DNA of 64,000 bases from Actinomycetaceae bacterium. GTDB taxonomy: Bacteria > Actinomycetota > Actinomycetes > Actinomycetales > Actinomycetaceae. The notes beneath the pieces were generated by a model. It did not search any database. It was not told where the DNA came from and saw only the letters and a list, made by a program, of their open reading frames with translations. This document shows positions 39,908 to 49,714 of the stretch, piece after piece (positions within the stretch are counted from its first letter, which is position 1; each line of letters begins with the position of its first letter). A program made the position numbers and the translations under genes. Location: the NCBI GenBank assembly GCA_030527545.1, contig JAUNAP010000009.1, positions 7,185 to 71,184 on the forward strand, in the 5' to 3' direction.

Positions 39908-41008
39908 GTGAATTACAGGCTAACTAGCGAGCTAGAGCTTGTCGTGCAGTCGCCCGAGAATCACTGTCTCATTATTGGGCCCGATAGAAAGAAGACTCGT
40001 TGCGATCCGATGACCGCAGCTGTACTTCTTGCGTTGAGCTCGGGTAGCCAGTCGTTAGAATCGTTGTCTAATGTACTTTCTGGGGTATCTCGCGAAGATC
40101 TGGAAGTAAGGATATCCGGACTGCGCAAATCGGGGTTCGTAGACGAGGAAGTGGTTCCGGATGCCGATCTTGACAAGCGTGAGTCGGTCTCTCCTGACTT
40201 CGTAGGTTGGCGCGAGGCGCTGCATTATGTTAATGCGACGTGGGACTATCCCTTTGTTGACTATTCACGCGGCGGTCAGCGAGTGGACCGTAAGAGAATG
40301 AAAGCCTACGAAGGCGAGGCCGACGACGTTGTACGAAGTCTCCCGGTGAGAGGTGAGTGGACCTGCGATCTGCCGTCCGTTGAACAAGCGCTTAAGGAAC
40401 TCGGTGAGCCAACCGCTAAGTTGTCACTTCTACAGCTGCTCAAGAACGTTACAGCAGCAGCTACGCGCCCACTAGAGTACATGCCTTCGCGAACTAATGG
40501 TGCACCACACCTGCATCGGCTTGCGCCATCAGGGGGAGCTCGGCATCCGATCGAACTTTATCTTCTAGTCATTGACGTAGAGGGGATTGCACCTGGCGTG
40601 TATCACTCGAATATTTCGAGCGGTGATTTGAGGAGGATATGCAAGTTGCCTCCAGTCGAAGAACTAGAGAGGAATCTCTATGGGGCATGGCGTTTAGGAT
40701 GCAAACCGCGTGCAATATTTTTGTTGACGGCGCACGTTATGCGCAATATGTATCGTTATCGGGAGCCGCGGACATTCCGGACACTTTTCTATGATGCCGG
40801 CCATATGGGCGGACTGATCGAGGCACTGGCAAATGATTCTGCCATTGTTGCCCATGGGCATCACGGCTTCGTGGATAGTTATGCGGCGACACTCACGCAG
40901 TCGCAATCGCTTGCGAAAGAGGTGCCAACCTATCTGGTTTCCGTCGGGATCCGGGCGGAATTGGAACCCGGAACGAAGATGATTGGAAGGTCAAGACTCA
41001 AGCTATGA
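39908..41008 (+). CDS. SagB/McbC-type (TIGR03605-like) FMN dehydrogenase with an N-terminal RRE/PqqD-like winged-helix domain
   Basis: The C-terminal half carries the SagB signature PSGGARHPIELYLLV in a nitroreductase fold. The N-terminus (LLALSSGSQSLESLSNVLSGVSREDLEVRISGLRKSGFV) resembles a PqqD/RRE peptide-binding domain. The start was set at the GTG at 39908, after an AGGAGG RBS; the ORF track starts at 39857. Confidence 0.65.
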   Translation: MNYRLTSELELVVQSPENHCLIIGPDRKKTRCDPMTAAVLLALSSGSQSLESLSNVLSGVSREDLEVRISGLRKSGFVDEEVVPDADLDKRESVSPDFVGWREALHYVNATWDYPFVDYSRGGQRVDRKRMKAYEGEADDVVRSLPVRGEWTCDLPSVEQALKELGEPTAKLSLLQLLKNVTAAATRPLEYMPSRTNGAPHLHRLAPSGGARHPIELYLLVIDVEGIAPGVYHSNISSGDLRRICKLPPVEELERNLYGAWRLGCKPRAIFLLTAHVMRNMYRYREPRTFRTLFYDAGHMGGLIEALANDSAIVAHGHHGFVDSYAATLTQSQSLAKEVPTYLVSVGIRAELEPGTKMIGRSRLKL

Positions 41009-41961
41009 AACGTCTACGCGTGCATATAGGACCTTCAAGCCCAGACTCGCTTCCGCTTGCAGTTGATCTTTCGTGCGGTAAAGTGTTCCGTATTGACTCA
41101 AGAAAGCTCGCTGACCACCTTGTGGAATCTGGTGTCAACGAGGTCATGGATACGAAAGACTTCGGTGAAATCGACGATGAATACGCCAGTTGGGAAGCGA
41201 ATGGATGGGGAGAGGGGCTCTATTATTATCTCGCGTCGCAGCAGTGTTCATTCGTTGACGGAGACCCGCATACCTTTAGGCGGGCTCAGGGTGAGATTTT
41301 GCGAGAGTATGCGCGAGATGGGGGCGTGCCGCGGGAGACGCGTGAGCGCAAGAAAGGGATTCGTCTTAGGGAGAGTCAAACTACAGTTGACGGGGGCCTG
41401 CTAGACTGCCTACTTAAGAGGCGCACGACGCTCGTGCCTAAGCAAAATCATCTGGATTTCGAGCATTGCTCAGATATCCTAGTAGAAGGGTTAGCGAAAC
41501 TTGCCGAATTTCGTGCGTGGGATGCAACAGTACCGCCTGAGAACGCCCTGGTAAATTTCGGACCATCGCTTGACGTCTATGTCATTGTATATGATGAAGC
41601 GATTTGTGATCCCGGCGTTTATCGCGTATCGCTTACAGAAAAGAGCCTAATCAAGGTGAAGGCAGGCTTGTACCGTCTGGAGATGCGTACCGCGCTCGTT
41701 GGCCAACCAGCGCCCATGACCGCCGCAGTGACTGTCGTCTATGTGAGTGATATCAAACGACACTGGTGGCGATATAGACATGAGCGTGCACTTAGAGGAC
41801 TGTGGATTGATACAGCCAAGGTTGTCAACGAGCTGCTTTGGGCGCTAGCACGCCTCGGGGTAGTGCCGCACATTACTCCTGCCTTCCATGAGACATCGCT
41901 ATGTGGACTCCTGGGACTCGACCGCGGGTACCTCCCGATGTACGCGATATCTTTTGGTTAG
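41005..41961 (+). CDS. Second SagB-like nitroreductase-fold protein, translationally coupled to the first
   Basis: It has a 4-nt overlap with the upstream gene. The C-terminal pattern AAVTVVYVSD...NELLWALARLGVVPHITPAFHETSLCGLLGLD...YAISFG is typical of SagB/nitroreductase domains. Confidence 0.55.
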   Translation: MKRLRVHIGPSSPDSLPLAVDLSCGKVFRIDSRKLADHLVESGVNEVMDTKDFGEIDDEYASWEANGWGEGLYYYLASQQCSFVDGDPHTFRRAQGEILREYARDGGVPRETRERKKGIRLRESQTTVDGGLLDCLLKRRTTLVPKQNHLDFEHCSDILVEGLAKLAEFRAWDATVPPENALVNFGPSLDVYVIVYDEAICDPGVYRVSLTEKSLIKVKAGLYRLEMRTALVGQPAPMTAAVTVVYVSDIKRHWWRYRHERALRGLWIDTAKVVNELLWALARLGVVPHITPAFHETSLCGLLGLDRGYLPMYAISFG

Positions 41962-43287
41962 TTGGTGACGCTTATGGCCACAGAGGATGCGGGAGGAACG
42001 TCCCTAGGATCTAAGGTTGGTCTTGCCAGAGATGTCACAGGCTACGCGTGGCGTCTGGCATTGGGGTCGCTTCTAGGCCTCGTGTTGGGTTTTACTGACA
42101 CGCTCGTCGTTGCGAAGCACTCGACCGAGGCACTGGGCGCCGTGGCATTCGGTGCAGCGATATACGAGCTTCCAGCAAACGTCTTGATGGGGGCTCTGAT
42201 AGCGCACAGGATCCTAGCGCCGGCGACATACCGTGATAAACACGGAGACGGGCTCCTCAATATAACGCTACCCCTGCTTGGGGGTGGCATGTGCTTCATT
42301 GCGATCGTAACAGCTGTCGGGGAATGGTTCCCTAATATCAGCGGTTGGATCGGGAGTGAAGCGATTCGATATCTGGCATATCGCTCCCCTGCGTTGTTGT
42401 TCGAAGTAGCCATGGCGGCATTGACCATCAGTCTCCTGGTTCGTGGAGTCAAACGTGCGCCAGTGGTATGTTCGGCAGTGGTCGTTATCGTAAATGTTCT
42501 CCTCGACATAGTCTTCGTTAATGGGTATATGGGATTCGGCCCAAATGGGGCAGCTGGAGCGGGCTTGGCCAGCAGTGTGAGCTCTGTGCTTGGGGCTGCC
42601 CTGCTCGCAGTCTGGCTGGTTCGTGTTGCTGGCTGGTCCATCACTAACTTTCATAGGAGTGATGGAACATATGCCGGCTGGTTACGATTGAGTTGGCCTG
42701 CTTGCCTATCCGCGGTACTTGATTATGGTGGGGCGCTATTGTTTGTCGAGCTCGTCCGCTTAGTTGGCGACGACAGCCTAGCTGGCTTACGTCTAGGTCT
42801 TCAGTTTCATATGATGCTGTTTATAGTCATCTCGTCGTTGTCAAACGCGTCTCTAAATGTATTGGGAAGCAAGCGGTCTAATGACGCACGCGATCTTGCT
42901 GTATTGATAGCTGAGGTTAAGCCACTCTTCCGCGCATGTGTTCTCGTCTGTGCGGTTGCTGCTGTCCCGATCATATTCGCTATCCAAGGAATATTTCGTC
43001 TCGATAGTGCTGTGTTCGAGTCTGCCGTGCTGATGGTCGTCGCTGTGGCTATCTCCGCGCCTTTCGCTGGTTATGCTTATCTTGCTGTTACTGAGCTCCG
43101 ACTGTTGCGTAATACGAAGATTGAGATGTTCGGCAATGTGCTAGCGACATGGTGTATCCAATTGCCCTTTGCTTATATGATGGCTAAATTAGGGTGGGGT
43201 AATATGGTTTTCTTTGGCCTCGTAGGTTACTGGATCTTCAGGATGGCGTACTATCGTGTTGCGCTCCAAAGATACTATCGGTTGTGA
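41962..43287 (+). CDS. MATE/MOP-superfamily multi-pass membrane exporter
   Basis: About 12 TM helices and a composition consistent with the MATE family. The start could be at TTG 41962, GTG 41965 or ATG 41974. Confidence 0.55.
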   Translation: MVTLMATEDAGGTSLGSKVGLARDVTGYAWRLALGSLLGLVLGFTDTLVVAKHSTEALGAVAFGAAIYELPANVLMGALIAHRILAPATYRDKHGDGLLNITLPLLGGGMCFIAIVTAVGEWFPNISGWIGSEAIRYLAYRSPALLFEVAMAALTISLLVRGVKRAPVVCSAVVVIVNVLLDIVFVNGYMGFGPNGAAGAGLASSVSSVLGAALLAVWLVRVAGWSITNFHRSDGTYAGWLRLSWPACLSAVLDYGGALLFVELVRLVGDDSLAGLRLGLQFHMMLFIVISSLSNASLNVLGSKRSNDARDLAVLIAEVKPLFRACVLVCAVAAVPIIFAIQGIFRLDSAVFESAVLMVVAVAISAPFAGYAYLAVTELRLLRNTKIEMFGNVLATWCIQLPFAYMMAKLGWGNMVFFGLVGYWIFRMAYYRVALQRYYRL

Positions 43288-43297
43288 CAGGAGCGGT

Positions 43298-44263
43298 ATG
43301 ATGCAGGATGTTGGGGGACACTTAGTCTTCGGAGAGTGGTGGGGGTTTCCTCGGCATCCATTCGGATTGGGAGCTGTTTCGGATAGTAGTGAAATGCTCT
43401 ATATCGAACTTCTTTATGCACTCAAAGGTCCCTCCGTAGAACCGCTACTCCCGTTCAGTAGTGGATTAGGTGCGCGTTGCAAAGATGGCGATGACATTTG
43501 TGAGCGAATTATCTGTATGTATGAAAGCCTCCTAGGCGACTTGAAGAGTGTGGCGTCAGTGATCGGTGACGATCCAGAGAAATATTTTGCAGCATTCGAT
43601 TCGCGGTGGGCTGTCAGTGGTATGGATGTCGCAACGCTCGTCGATTATGTGTGTGATCGGCTCAAAGAGCATGCGGTGCCGCAAACCCGTCGACTACTCG
43701 CTGCTGTGTGTGGCGTGCCTTATCCAGTCTCTTTGAGAGAGTGGATAGATCTGGCTATGTACCCTGCTTTGCCTGCACATATTGCGCCGCAGATCTGGGT
43801 GCGGCCTCCGACGGGCGCTGCGGAGTTGCCCTGTGATTGGTCTGTTAGGTCCGTTGTCGCGGTGTGCCATGAGGTTGTTGGACACTTATTTCAACACAGG
43901 TTACTTCAAGGTAATATTTCACGCCACGCATCACTCGATCGCGAGTTGATGGAAGGCTGGGCAATCTACGCGGAGGGTGTTCTTCGCGGGCTTGGTGAGC
44001 TTGAAATGGCTGCGGTCACGTTATGGGAGGCCAAGAGGCTATGCCCTCTTGCGGCAGAGGTATTGGGCGCTGAGCTCGCAGAGGACTTTTTTCGAAGGAT
44101 GCGGTTGGCACTCCCGACGTATTGTTCGGCACCAGAACTTACGTTCTTCCGTCGAACGACACGTAGGCACGCAAGAGGTTACTTGCGGCTTGTTACTGAA
44201 TTTGAGATTGATCGATCAGTAAATTTGCTCCAAAATTACTTGTACTTCAACCCCTGGCGATAA
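43298..44263 (+). CDS. Putative zinc metallopeptidase (HExxH motif HEVVGH with a downstream Glu in MEGWAIYAE)
   Basis: Gluzincin-like HExxH...E arrangement. The start was set at the ATG at 43298, which follows an AGGAGCGG RBS and the MATE stop. Confidence 0.45.
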   Translation: MMQDVGGHLVFGEWWGFPRHPFGLGAVSDSSEMLYIELLYALKGPSVEPLLPFSSGLGARCKDGDDICERIICMYESLLGDLKSVASVIGDDPEKYFAAFDSRWAVSGMDVATLVDYVCDRLKEHAVPQTRRLLAAVCGVPYPVSLREWIDLAMYPALPAHIAPQIWVRPPTGAAELPCDWSVRSVVAVCHEVVGHLFQHRLLQGNISRHASLDRELMEGWAIYAEGVLRGLGELEMAAVTLWEAKRLCPLAAEVLGAELAEDFFRRMRLALPTYCSAPELTFFRRTTRRHARGYLRLVTEFEIDRSVNLLQNYLYFNPWR

Positions 44264-44592
44264 ATAGCGTTCCAATGAGTTTCCGGTGGAGCTGATGGGT
44301 ATCGGTCGCAGCATCTGGGGTTGCAGGATGCGCAGTGCAGTGAGAAGTTGTAGGCGTTGTCACTCCGCTATCGCTGGCCGAGACGTACGGTGGGGGACAT
44401 CTCGACGTGTTCGTCTTCAAGCCTACCCGGCGGGGTGATGTTCTAGGTAGCGTTAGCGAGCTGATCGAGATTTTCAGTGCTGTATGCAGCCGTCCGTGAG
44501 GCGCTGTCTGGCGAGATGCCCTTAGTGAAGTTGTGAGGGCAGTTCTGTGTCCTCGTGTACATCCTTGGAATTACCTACCTCTGGGAGACACT

Positions 44593-46143
44593 ATGTCGAT
44601 TGGGAGGACACGGCGTAGAGCCGTGGCAAAGGTGACTGCTGGCGTGGCTGTCGTAGGGGTTATTGCCTCAGGAATGGTCGGGGTGGGAGCTACCCCGGCT
44701 GAGGCTGTGACGATTTATCGGGCCGCTGACCCGGGCTACGCCCTGCCCTGGAATGGCCACTACACGTGGCTTGGTGCCTACAACAACCCGGCAGGCTCGG
44801 GCTTGTCGTGGCGTACCGAGATTGACGCTAGCGCGCCTGGCCCAAACAACGTGGTCTCTACCTACGAGATCACCGGCAACTCCAACATGATGCAACTGGG
44901 TGGAGAAGATGTCATGATCCACTCCTCTGCGCAGATGCGGTGGATCCTCGACACCTATCAGAAGACTGCCACGGCAGACTCTAGGGCCACTATCGCTGTG
45001 ATCGTCCACCTCAACTACGACGCGACGAGTGCCGACTCGTGGGGCAAGTACTGGGGGTATGGTCCGGTCGCGCTACCCGGCCGTTGCCAAGCTTGTGCGT
45101 GATTACGTCTACCAGGCCAAGGGGAATGCGCCATGGCAGGGTGCTGCGCCTAAGGCCAAGACGGAGAACAAGCGCATTGGCGATGTTCACAACATCGGTG
45201 TTCAGAATCAGGGCGGCGGGTGGATCGCTGGTAGCCCGGCCACGGTCATGGTCACGCTCGATGATCCTGCGATGTTCGATGAGACCGGCAACATCACGTG
45301 GTCGGGTAACACGCAGAACCAACCGCTTAGTCTCAAGTGGCATTCCACGGGTAACGGCAAGGATACGTTCACGATGCGTTTCAACCAGGCCTATTGGGTG
45401 AACAAGATCCAGTCCAGCCCTTGTAAGCAGGACTTGATCTACCGGTGGGTGACCCGCGTGAGGTCACGGTGCCGGGTAACCCGGTCGATGTGGTCATGGA
45501 TTTCCAGCCCCAAGCGGTGTCGAACGTGGGCACGGCGAAGGTCGTGGACAAGACCGTGAAGGTTCTCAATGACACGATCAGCGTGTCTGCTGATAGCGGT
45601 ACGCAGTGGATCGATGGGGTCAAGGTGAAGTTCACCGGTATCGCGTATTATGCGGGTACGAAGCTTCCTGCCGAGTCCAAGGACGTGCCGAAGGATGCTG
45701 TGAAGGTTGGGACGGTTGAGATTACAGCGGATACGCCGGGTGATTACCCGGCAACGCTGAAGCTGGACAAGCCGGTGAAGCCCGGGTTTGTGACCTGGGT
45801 GTGGAAGATGGATAAGGCCGCCCAAGATGCTTCCGTGAAGGAATACATCAAGGGTGACTGGTCGGATTCTTATGGTCTTGCCGCTGAAACAACGTCGGTG
45901 CGTGAGCAAGCCAAGATCACCGCGAACGCTAGCGTGTCTGAGGATGCTAAGGCGGGCAGCTGGAAGTTATTGGATGCGGTAACGGCCAAGCGAGCGAGCA
46001 TCTGTTCGGCATGGGCCCTGGTAAAACCGCCCTGGCAGGCCGGGCCGACGACGACGAGCGGTTCGGTTGGGGTGACCTCGACGAGAGCGCCGTCCCCCAG
46101 CGAGCGGAGCAGCTCTCCTTCGGGAAGCGCTGCGGCAACATAG
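44593..46143 (+). pseudogene. Frameshifted gene for a secreted protein with a Tat-like signal (MSIGRTRRRAVAKVTAGVAVVGVIASG...). The reading frame moves 1 to 2 to 1 across ORFs 44533..45102, 45029..45559 and 45445..46143
   Basis: Three overlapping ORFs with coherent protein-like sequence in different frames. The 3' end runs into the high-GC host remnant. Confidence 0.45.
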
Positions 46144-46268
46144 CGCGCGAGGACTGAGGGTGCGCCAATAGTTGCCTCACTGGTGATGACAGTGACTGGC
46201 AGCGACAACGCATCGCGCGCATTGGTCGCCAGGGCCTGCCAGTCCTCGCGTGTCATTCTCACCCCCAC
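45980..46268 (-). pseudogene. N-terminal fragment (~95 aa) of a host gene truncated at the right boundary of the element. It may be the N-terminus of the same AraC-like gene as the 37428 remnant
   Basis: The minus-strand ORF MGVRMTREDWQALATNARDALSLPVTVITSEATIGAPSVLARYVAAALPEGELLRS... is protein-like at 68% GC. It becomes antisense to foreign DNA at about 45980. Confidence 0.4.
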
Positions 46269-46303
46269 GCTTACCTCCTCATCTGACCGGCTAGAGTGAG
46301 CAC

Positions 46304-47632
46304 ATGTCTGTCACCACCCACACTATGGAATCATTTCGCAGCCGCTACGACGCAGATCCTGTCCGCCGGGCGTTAGAAGGACCGATCGGCGTCGTCGGCT
46401 TGGCAAAGGCCTCGCGTCGGGCCGACGTCGTTCGGCGCCACACTTTCGAATTCAGTGTCACGGTTCCCGCCGGCGAGATTACGAATCAGAAGAAATCTGG
46501 GCGCTGCTGGATCTTTGCCTCGTGTACATCGCTTCGCGCGGCACTCATGGAACGTTACGAGACGAAAGACTTCCGGCTGGCTCCGAGCTACGTGTTCTTC
46601 TACGACAAGATCGAGAAGGCTAACACGTTCCTCGACCACATCGAGGACACCCTCGACGCTGCCGACGACGACCGGGTGGTGCGTGCCGCGCTGGACAGCG
46701 TCGTATCGGACGGGGGCGACTGGGACTACTTCGTCTCGCTCGTGAAAAAGTGGGGAATCGTGCCCTATCAGGCGATGCCTGACACGGAGAATTCCACCGA
46801 TTCTCACCGGATGGTCGAGCAGATGAACAGCCACCTGCGCCACGCGGCCGCGCTCATGCGGCGCGCTCATCGCGAAGGTCGAGTGGCACAGATTCCCGCC
46901 ATTCGTGAAGAAGCACTCTATGCCGTGTATGGCATCGCTCGCGCGTGTCTGGGGACCCCGCCTAGCGAGTTCACCTACGGATACCGTGACAAGGACGACA
47001 CCTATCACCGCATCGGGCCGATGACGCCGCGTGCGTTCGTCACGGACGTGTTGGGCGAAGACGTCCTCGACTCGCGCGTGGTCATCGGATACGATCCGAG
47101 GCCCGCCCATCCCGTCCACCGCCTGCTTCGTGTCCCGCACAACAAGTCTGTTGCCGAGGGACGTGCGCTGTCGGCCCTCACGGTCACACTCGAGGAGATG
47201 AAGGCCGCCGTTATTGCCCAGCTTCGTTCAGGGCAGGCCGTCTACTTCGGCTGCGACGTCGATCGCGACACGGACCGCGAACTCGGAATTATGGACCCGC
47301 AGCTCTTTGACTGGCAAACGATGCTGCCCGCCCTAGCGTCTATCTCTGACGCCGAGCGGGTTGCCGTCGGCGAGGTCGTGCCGACGCACGCGATGGCTTT
47401 TACCGGCGTCGACCTTGATGAGCAGGAGCGGCCCGTCAACTGGCGAGTCGAGAACTCCTGGGGCGAAGACAGCGGCCGTAAAGGTGTGTATTCGATGTCG
47501 GACGGATGGTTCGACCGGCACATGGTGACCTGTGTGGTCGACAAGCGGCACCTGTCCGAAGAAATCCTCGCCGGGCTGGCAGCCGAACCCATTGACCTCG
47601 AACCCTGGGACGCTCTCTTCGGCGCCGTGTGA
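46304..47632 (+). CDS. pepC: Aminopeptidase C (bleomycin hydrolase, peptidase C1B)
   Basis: Catalytic Cys in QKKSGRCWIFA and the C1B family pattern. Confidence 0.85.
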   Translation: MSVTTHTMESFRSRYDADPVRRALEGPIGVVGLAKASRRADVVRRHTFEFSVTVPAGEITNQKKSGRCWIFASCTSLRAALMERYETKDFRLAPSYVFFYDKIEKANTFLDHIEDTLDAADDDRVVRAALDSVVSDGGDWDYFVSLVKKWGIVPYQAMPDTENSTDSHRMVEQMNSHLRHAAALMRRAHREGRVAQIPAIREEALYAVYGIARACLGTPPSEFTYGYRDKDDTYHRIGPMTPRAFVTDVLGEDVLDSRVVIGYDPRPAHPVHRLLRVPHNKSVAEGRALSALTVTLEEMKAAVIAQLRSGQAVYFGCDVDRDTDRELGIMDPQLFDWQTMLPALASISDAERVAVGEVVPTHAMAFTGVDLDEQERPVNWRVENSWGEDSGRKGVYSMSDGWFDRHMVTCVVDKRHLSEEILAGLAAEPIDLEPWDALFGAV

Positions 47633-47637
47633 GGTGG

Positions 47638-47674
47638 CCTACCCGGGTTCGGGTCGTGTTCCGGGCCCGGGTAG
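47638..47674 (+). terminator. GC-rich hairpin (CCTACCCGG...CCGGGTAGG) after pepC / in the thrS leader
   Basis: Inverted repeat starting 6 nt after the pepC stop. Confidence 0.35.
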
Positions 47675-47719
47675 GATGGTGGTGATTTCACTGGGAGTCT
47701 TTGACAGAAGGAGCCGCGC

Positions 47720-49714
47720 ATGAGTGTGCGCACAGTATCGATCGATGGCAGCCCCCGCGAGATTGAGGCGGGCACCACCGGCGCGCAACTGTTCGCCGAG
47801 ATGGACGGCGTCTGTGCGATGAGCATCAACGGGGAGGCATGGGATCTGTGCCGCGAGATTCCCGACGGCGCGAACGTCTCTGCGATCCTCCTCGACTCGC
47901 CCGAGGGACTGCAGATCCTGCGTCACTCGTGCACGCACGTGATGGCGCAGGCTGTCCAGCAGCTGTATCCGGACGTCAATCTCGGGATCGGCCCCTTCAT
48001 CGAGGACGGCTTCTACTACGATTTCGGCAACATCGAGGCGATCACGCCGCAGATCCTTAAGCAGATCGAAAAGAGGATGAAGCGGATCGTCAAGGAAGGC
48101 CAGGCATTCCGCCGTCGGACGGTCACGGCGGAGGAAGCGCGCGCCGAACTCGCTGATCAGCCTTACAAACTCGAGCTCATCGATACGAAGGGGGCCGGCG
48201 CCGATGGGGCCTCGGTCGAGGTTGGCGCAGGCGAACTCACGATCTACGACAATGTCACCCGTTCCGGTGACGTTGCCTGGAAGGACCTATGCCGCGGCCC
48301 CCACCTGCCGACGACGAAATGGATCGGAAAGGGATTCGCGCTGACGAAGTCGTCGGCCGCCTACTGGAAGGGCGACCAGAATAACGACAATATGCAGCGT
48401 ATCTACGGCACGGCCTGGGCGAGCAAGGAGGATCTCGAGGCCTATCAGACGAGGATGCGCGAGGCCGAGCGCCGTGACCACCGTAAGCTCGGGACCCAGC
48501 TCGATCTGTTCTCCTTCCCCGACGAGATCGGTTCGGGGCTGCCGGTGTTCCACCCCAAGGGTGCGATCGTGCGCCAGGAGATGGAAAACTACTCGCGCAC
48601 CCGCCATATCGAGGCCGGCTATCAGTTTGTCTATACCCCCCACATCACCAAGGGCGACCTGTTTTCGACCTCGGGTCACCTCGACTGGTATCGCGATGGA
48701 ATGTTCCCGGCGATGCACGTTGACGAGGAGCGAGGCGAGGACGGCGATGTAGTCAAGCCTGGTCAGGACTACTACCTCAAGCCGATGAACTGCCCCATGC
48801 ACAACCTCGTTTTTTCCTCGCGCGGACGTTCCTACCGGGAACTGCCGCTGAGGCTGTTCGAGTTCGGGACCGTGTATCGCTACGAGAAGTCAGGAGTCAT
48901 TCACGGACTGACGCGTGCGCGCGGGTTCACGCAAGATGATTCCCACATCTATTGCACTCGCGAGCAAATGCGTGACGAACTCGCGAGCCTGCTCACCTTC
49001 GTTCTCGACCTTTTGCGCGACTACGGGCTCGACGATTTCTACCTCGAACTGTCGACAAAGAATCCGAAGAAGTTCGTCGGCGACGACGACGTGTGGGAGG
49101 AAGCGACCCGCACCCTCGCCGAGGTTGCCGACGCCTCAGGTCTCGAACTCGTTCCCGACCCCGAGGGTGCGGCTTTCTATGGACCCAAGATTTCGGTCCA
49201 GGCCCGCGACGCCATCGGGCGCACCTGGCAGATGTCGACAATTCAGCTCGATTTCAACCTGCCTGAGCGTTTCGATCTCGAATACACGGCCGAGGACGGG
49301 TCCCGTCAGCGTCCCGTCATGATCCACCGTGCGCTCTTTGGCTCGATCGAGCGGTTCTTCGGCGTCCTCACCGAGCATTACGCGGGCGCCTTCCCCGCGT
49401 GGCTGGCGCCCGTTCAGGTGCGCTGCATTCCCGTGGCCGACGCCTTCAACGGCTACCTAGAAGACATCGCCGCCAAGTTGGGCGCCGAAGGGATCCGAGT
49501 GGAGGTTGATCGCTCCGCGGACCGTTTCGGCAAGAAGATCCGCAACGCTGCCACCGAGAAGATCCCGTTCGTTCTCATCGCCGGCGGCGAGGATGCCGAG
49601 GCCAACGCCGTATCCTTCCGCTACCGCGACGGACGCCAGGACAACGGCGTCGCTATCGACGAGGCAATCTCGCGCATCGTCGAGGCGGTGAGGAGCCGCT
49701 CGAATGATTTCTGA
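47720..49714 (+). CDS. thrS: Threonine--tRNA ligase
   Basis: TGS and editing domains ([10 protein letters not shown]), class II motifs and an anticodon-binding domain. Confidence 0.92.
   Translation: MSVRTVSIDGSPREIEAGTTGAQLFAEMDGVCAMSINGEAWDLCREIPDGANVSAILLDSPEGLQILRHSCTHVMAQAVQQLYPDVNLGIGPFIEDGFYYDFGNIEAITPQILKQIEKRMKRIVKEGQAFRRRTVTAEEARAELADQPYKLELIDTKGAGADGASVEVGAGELTIYDNVTRSGDVAWKDLCRGPHLPTTKWIGKGFALTKSSAAYWKGDQNNDNMQRIYGTAWASKEDLEAYQTRMREAERRDHRKLGTQLDLFSFPDEIGSGLPVFHPKGAIVRQEMENYSRTRHIEAGYQFVYTPHITKGDLFSTSGHLDWYRDGMFPAMHVDEERGEDGDVVKPGQDYYLKPMNCPMHNLVFSSRGRSYRELPLRLFEFGTVYRYEKSGVIHGLTRARGFTQDDSHIYCTREQMRDELASLLTFVLDLLRDYGLDDFYLELSTKNPKKFVGDDDVWEEATRTLAEVADASGLELVPDPEGAAFYGPKISVQARDAIGRTWQMSTIQLDFNLPERFDLEYTAEDGSRQRPVMIHRALFGSIERFFGVLTEHYAGAFPAWLAPVQVRCIPVADAFNGYLEDIAAKLGAEGIRVEVDRSADRFGKKIRNAATEKIPFVLIAGGEDAEANAVSFRYRDGRQDNGVAIDEAISRIVEAVRSRSNDF

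Larger units (their letters stand above)
37658..45980. mobile_element. ~8.3 kb lower-GC integrated element: integrase, iteron-like repeats, parA, SagB-pair cluster, frameshifted secreted-protein gene
   Basis: Abrupt GC drops at both ends (68% to about 52-57%), an integrase gene 30 nt inside the left edge, and host-gene fragments on both flanks. Confidence 0.6.

Noticed and set aside
44295-44438. 47-aa Arg/Cys-containing small ORF downstream of the HExxH gene (MGIGRSIWGCRMRSAVRSCRRC...)
   Set aside because: It has no RBS, an Arg-rich random-frame composition, and lies in a GC-transition region. The upstream 38-aa ORF, which has an RBS, is the better precursor candidate
37640-46000. Direct att repeats at the island junctions
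   Set aside because: Only weak similarity (TAACCGCGG versus TAACGGCCA) was visible by eye, which is not convincing without an alignment tool
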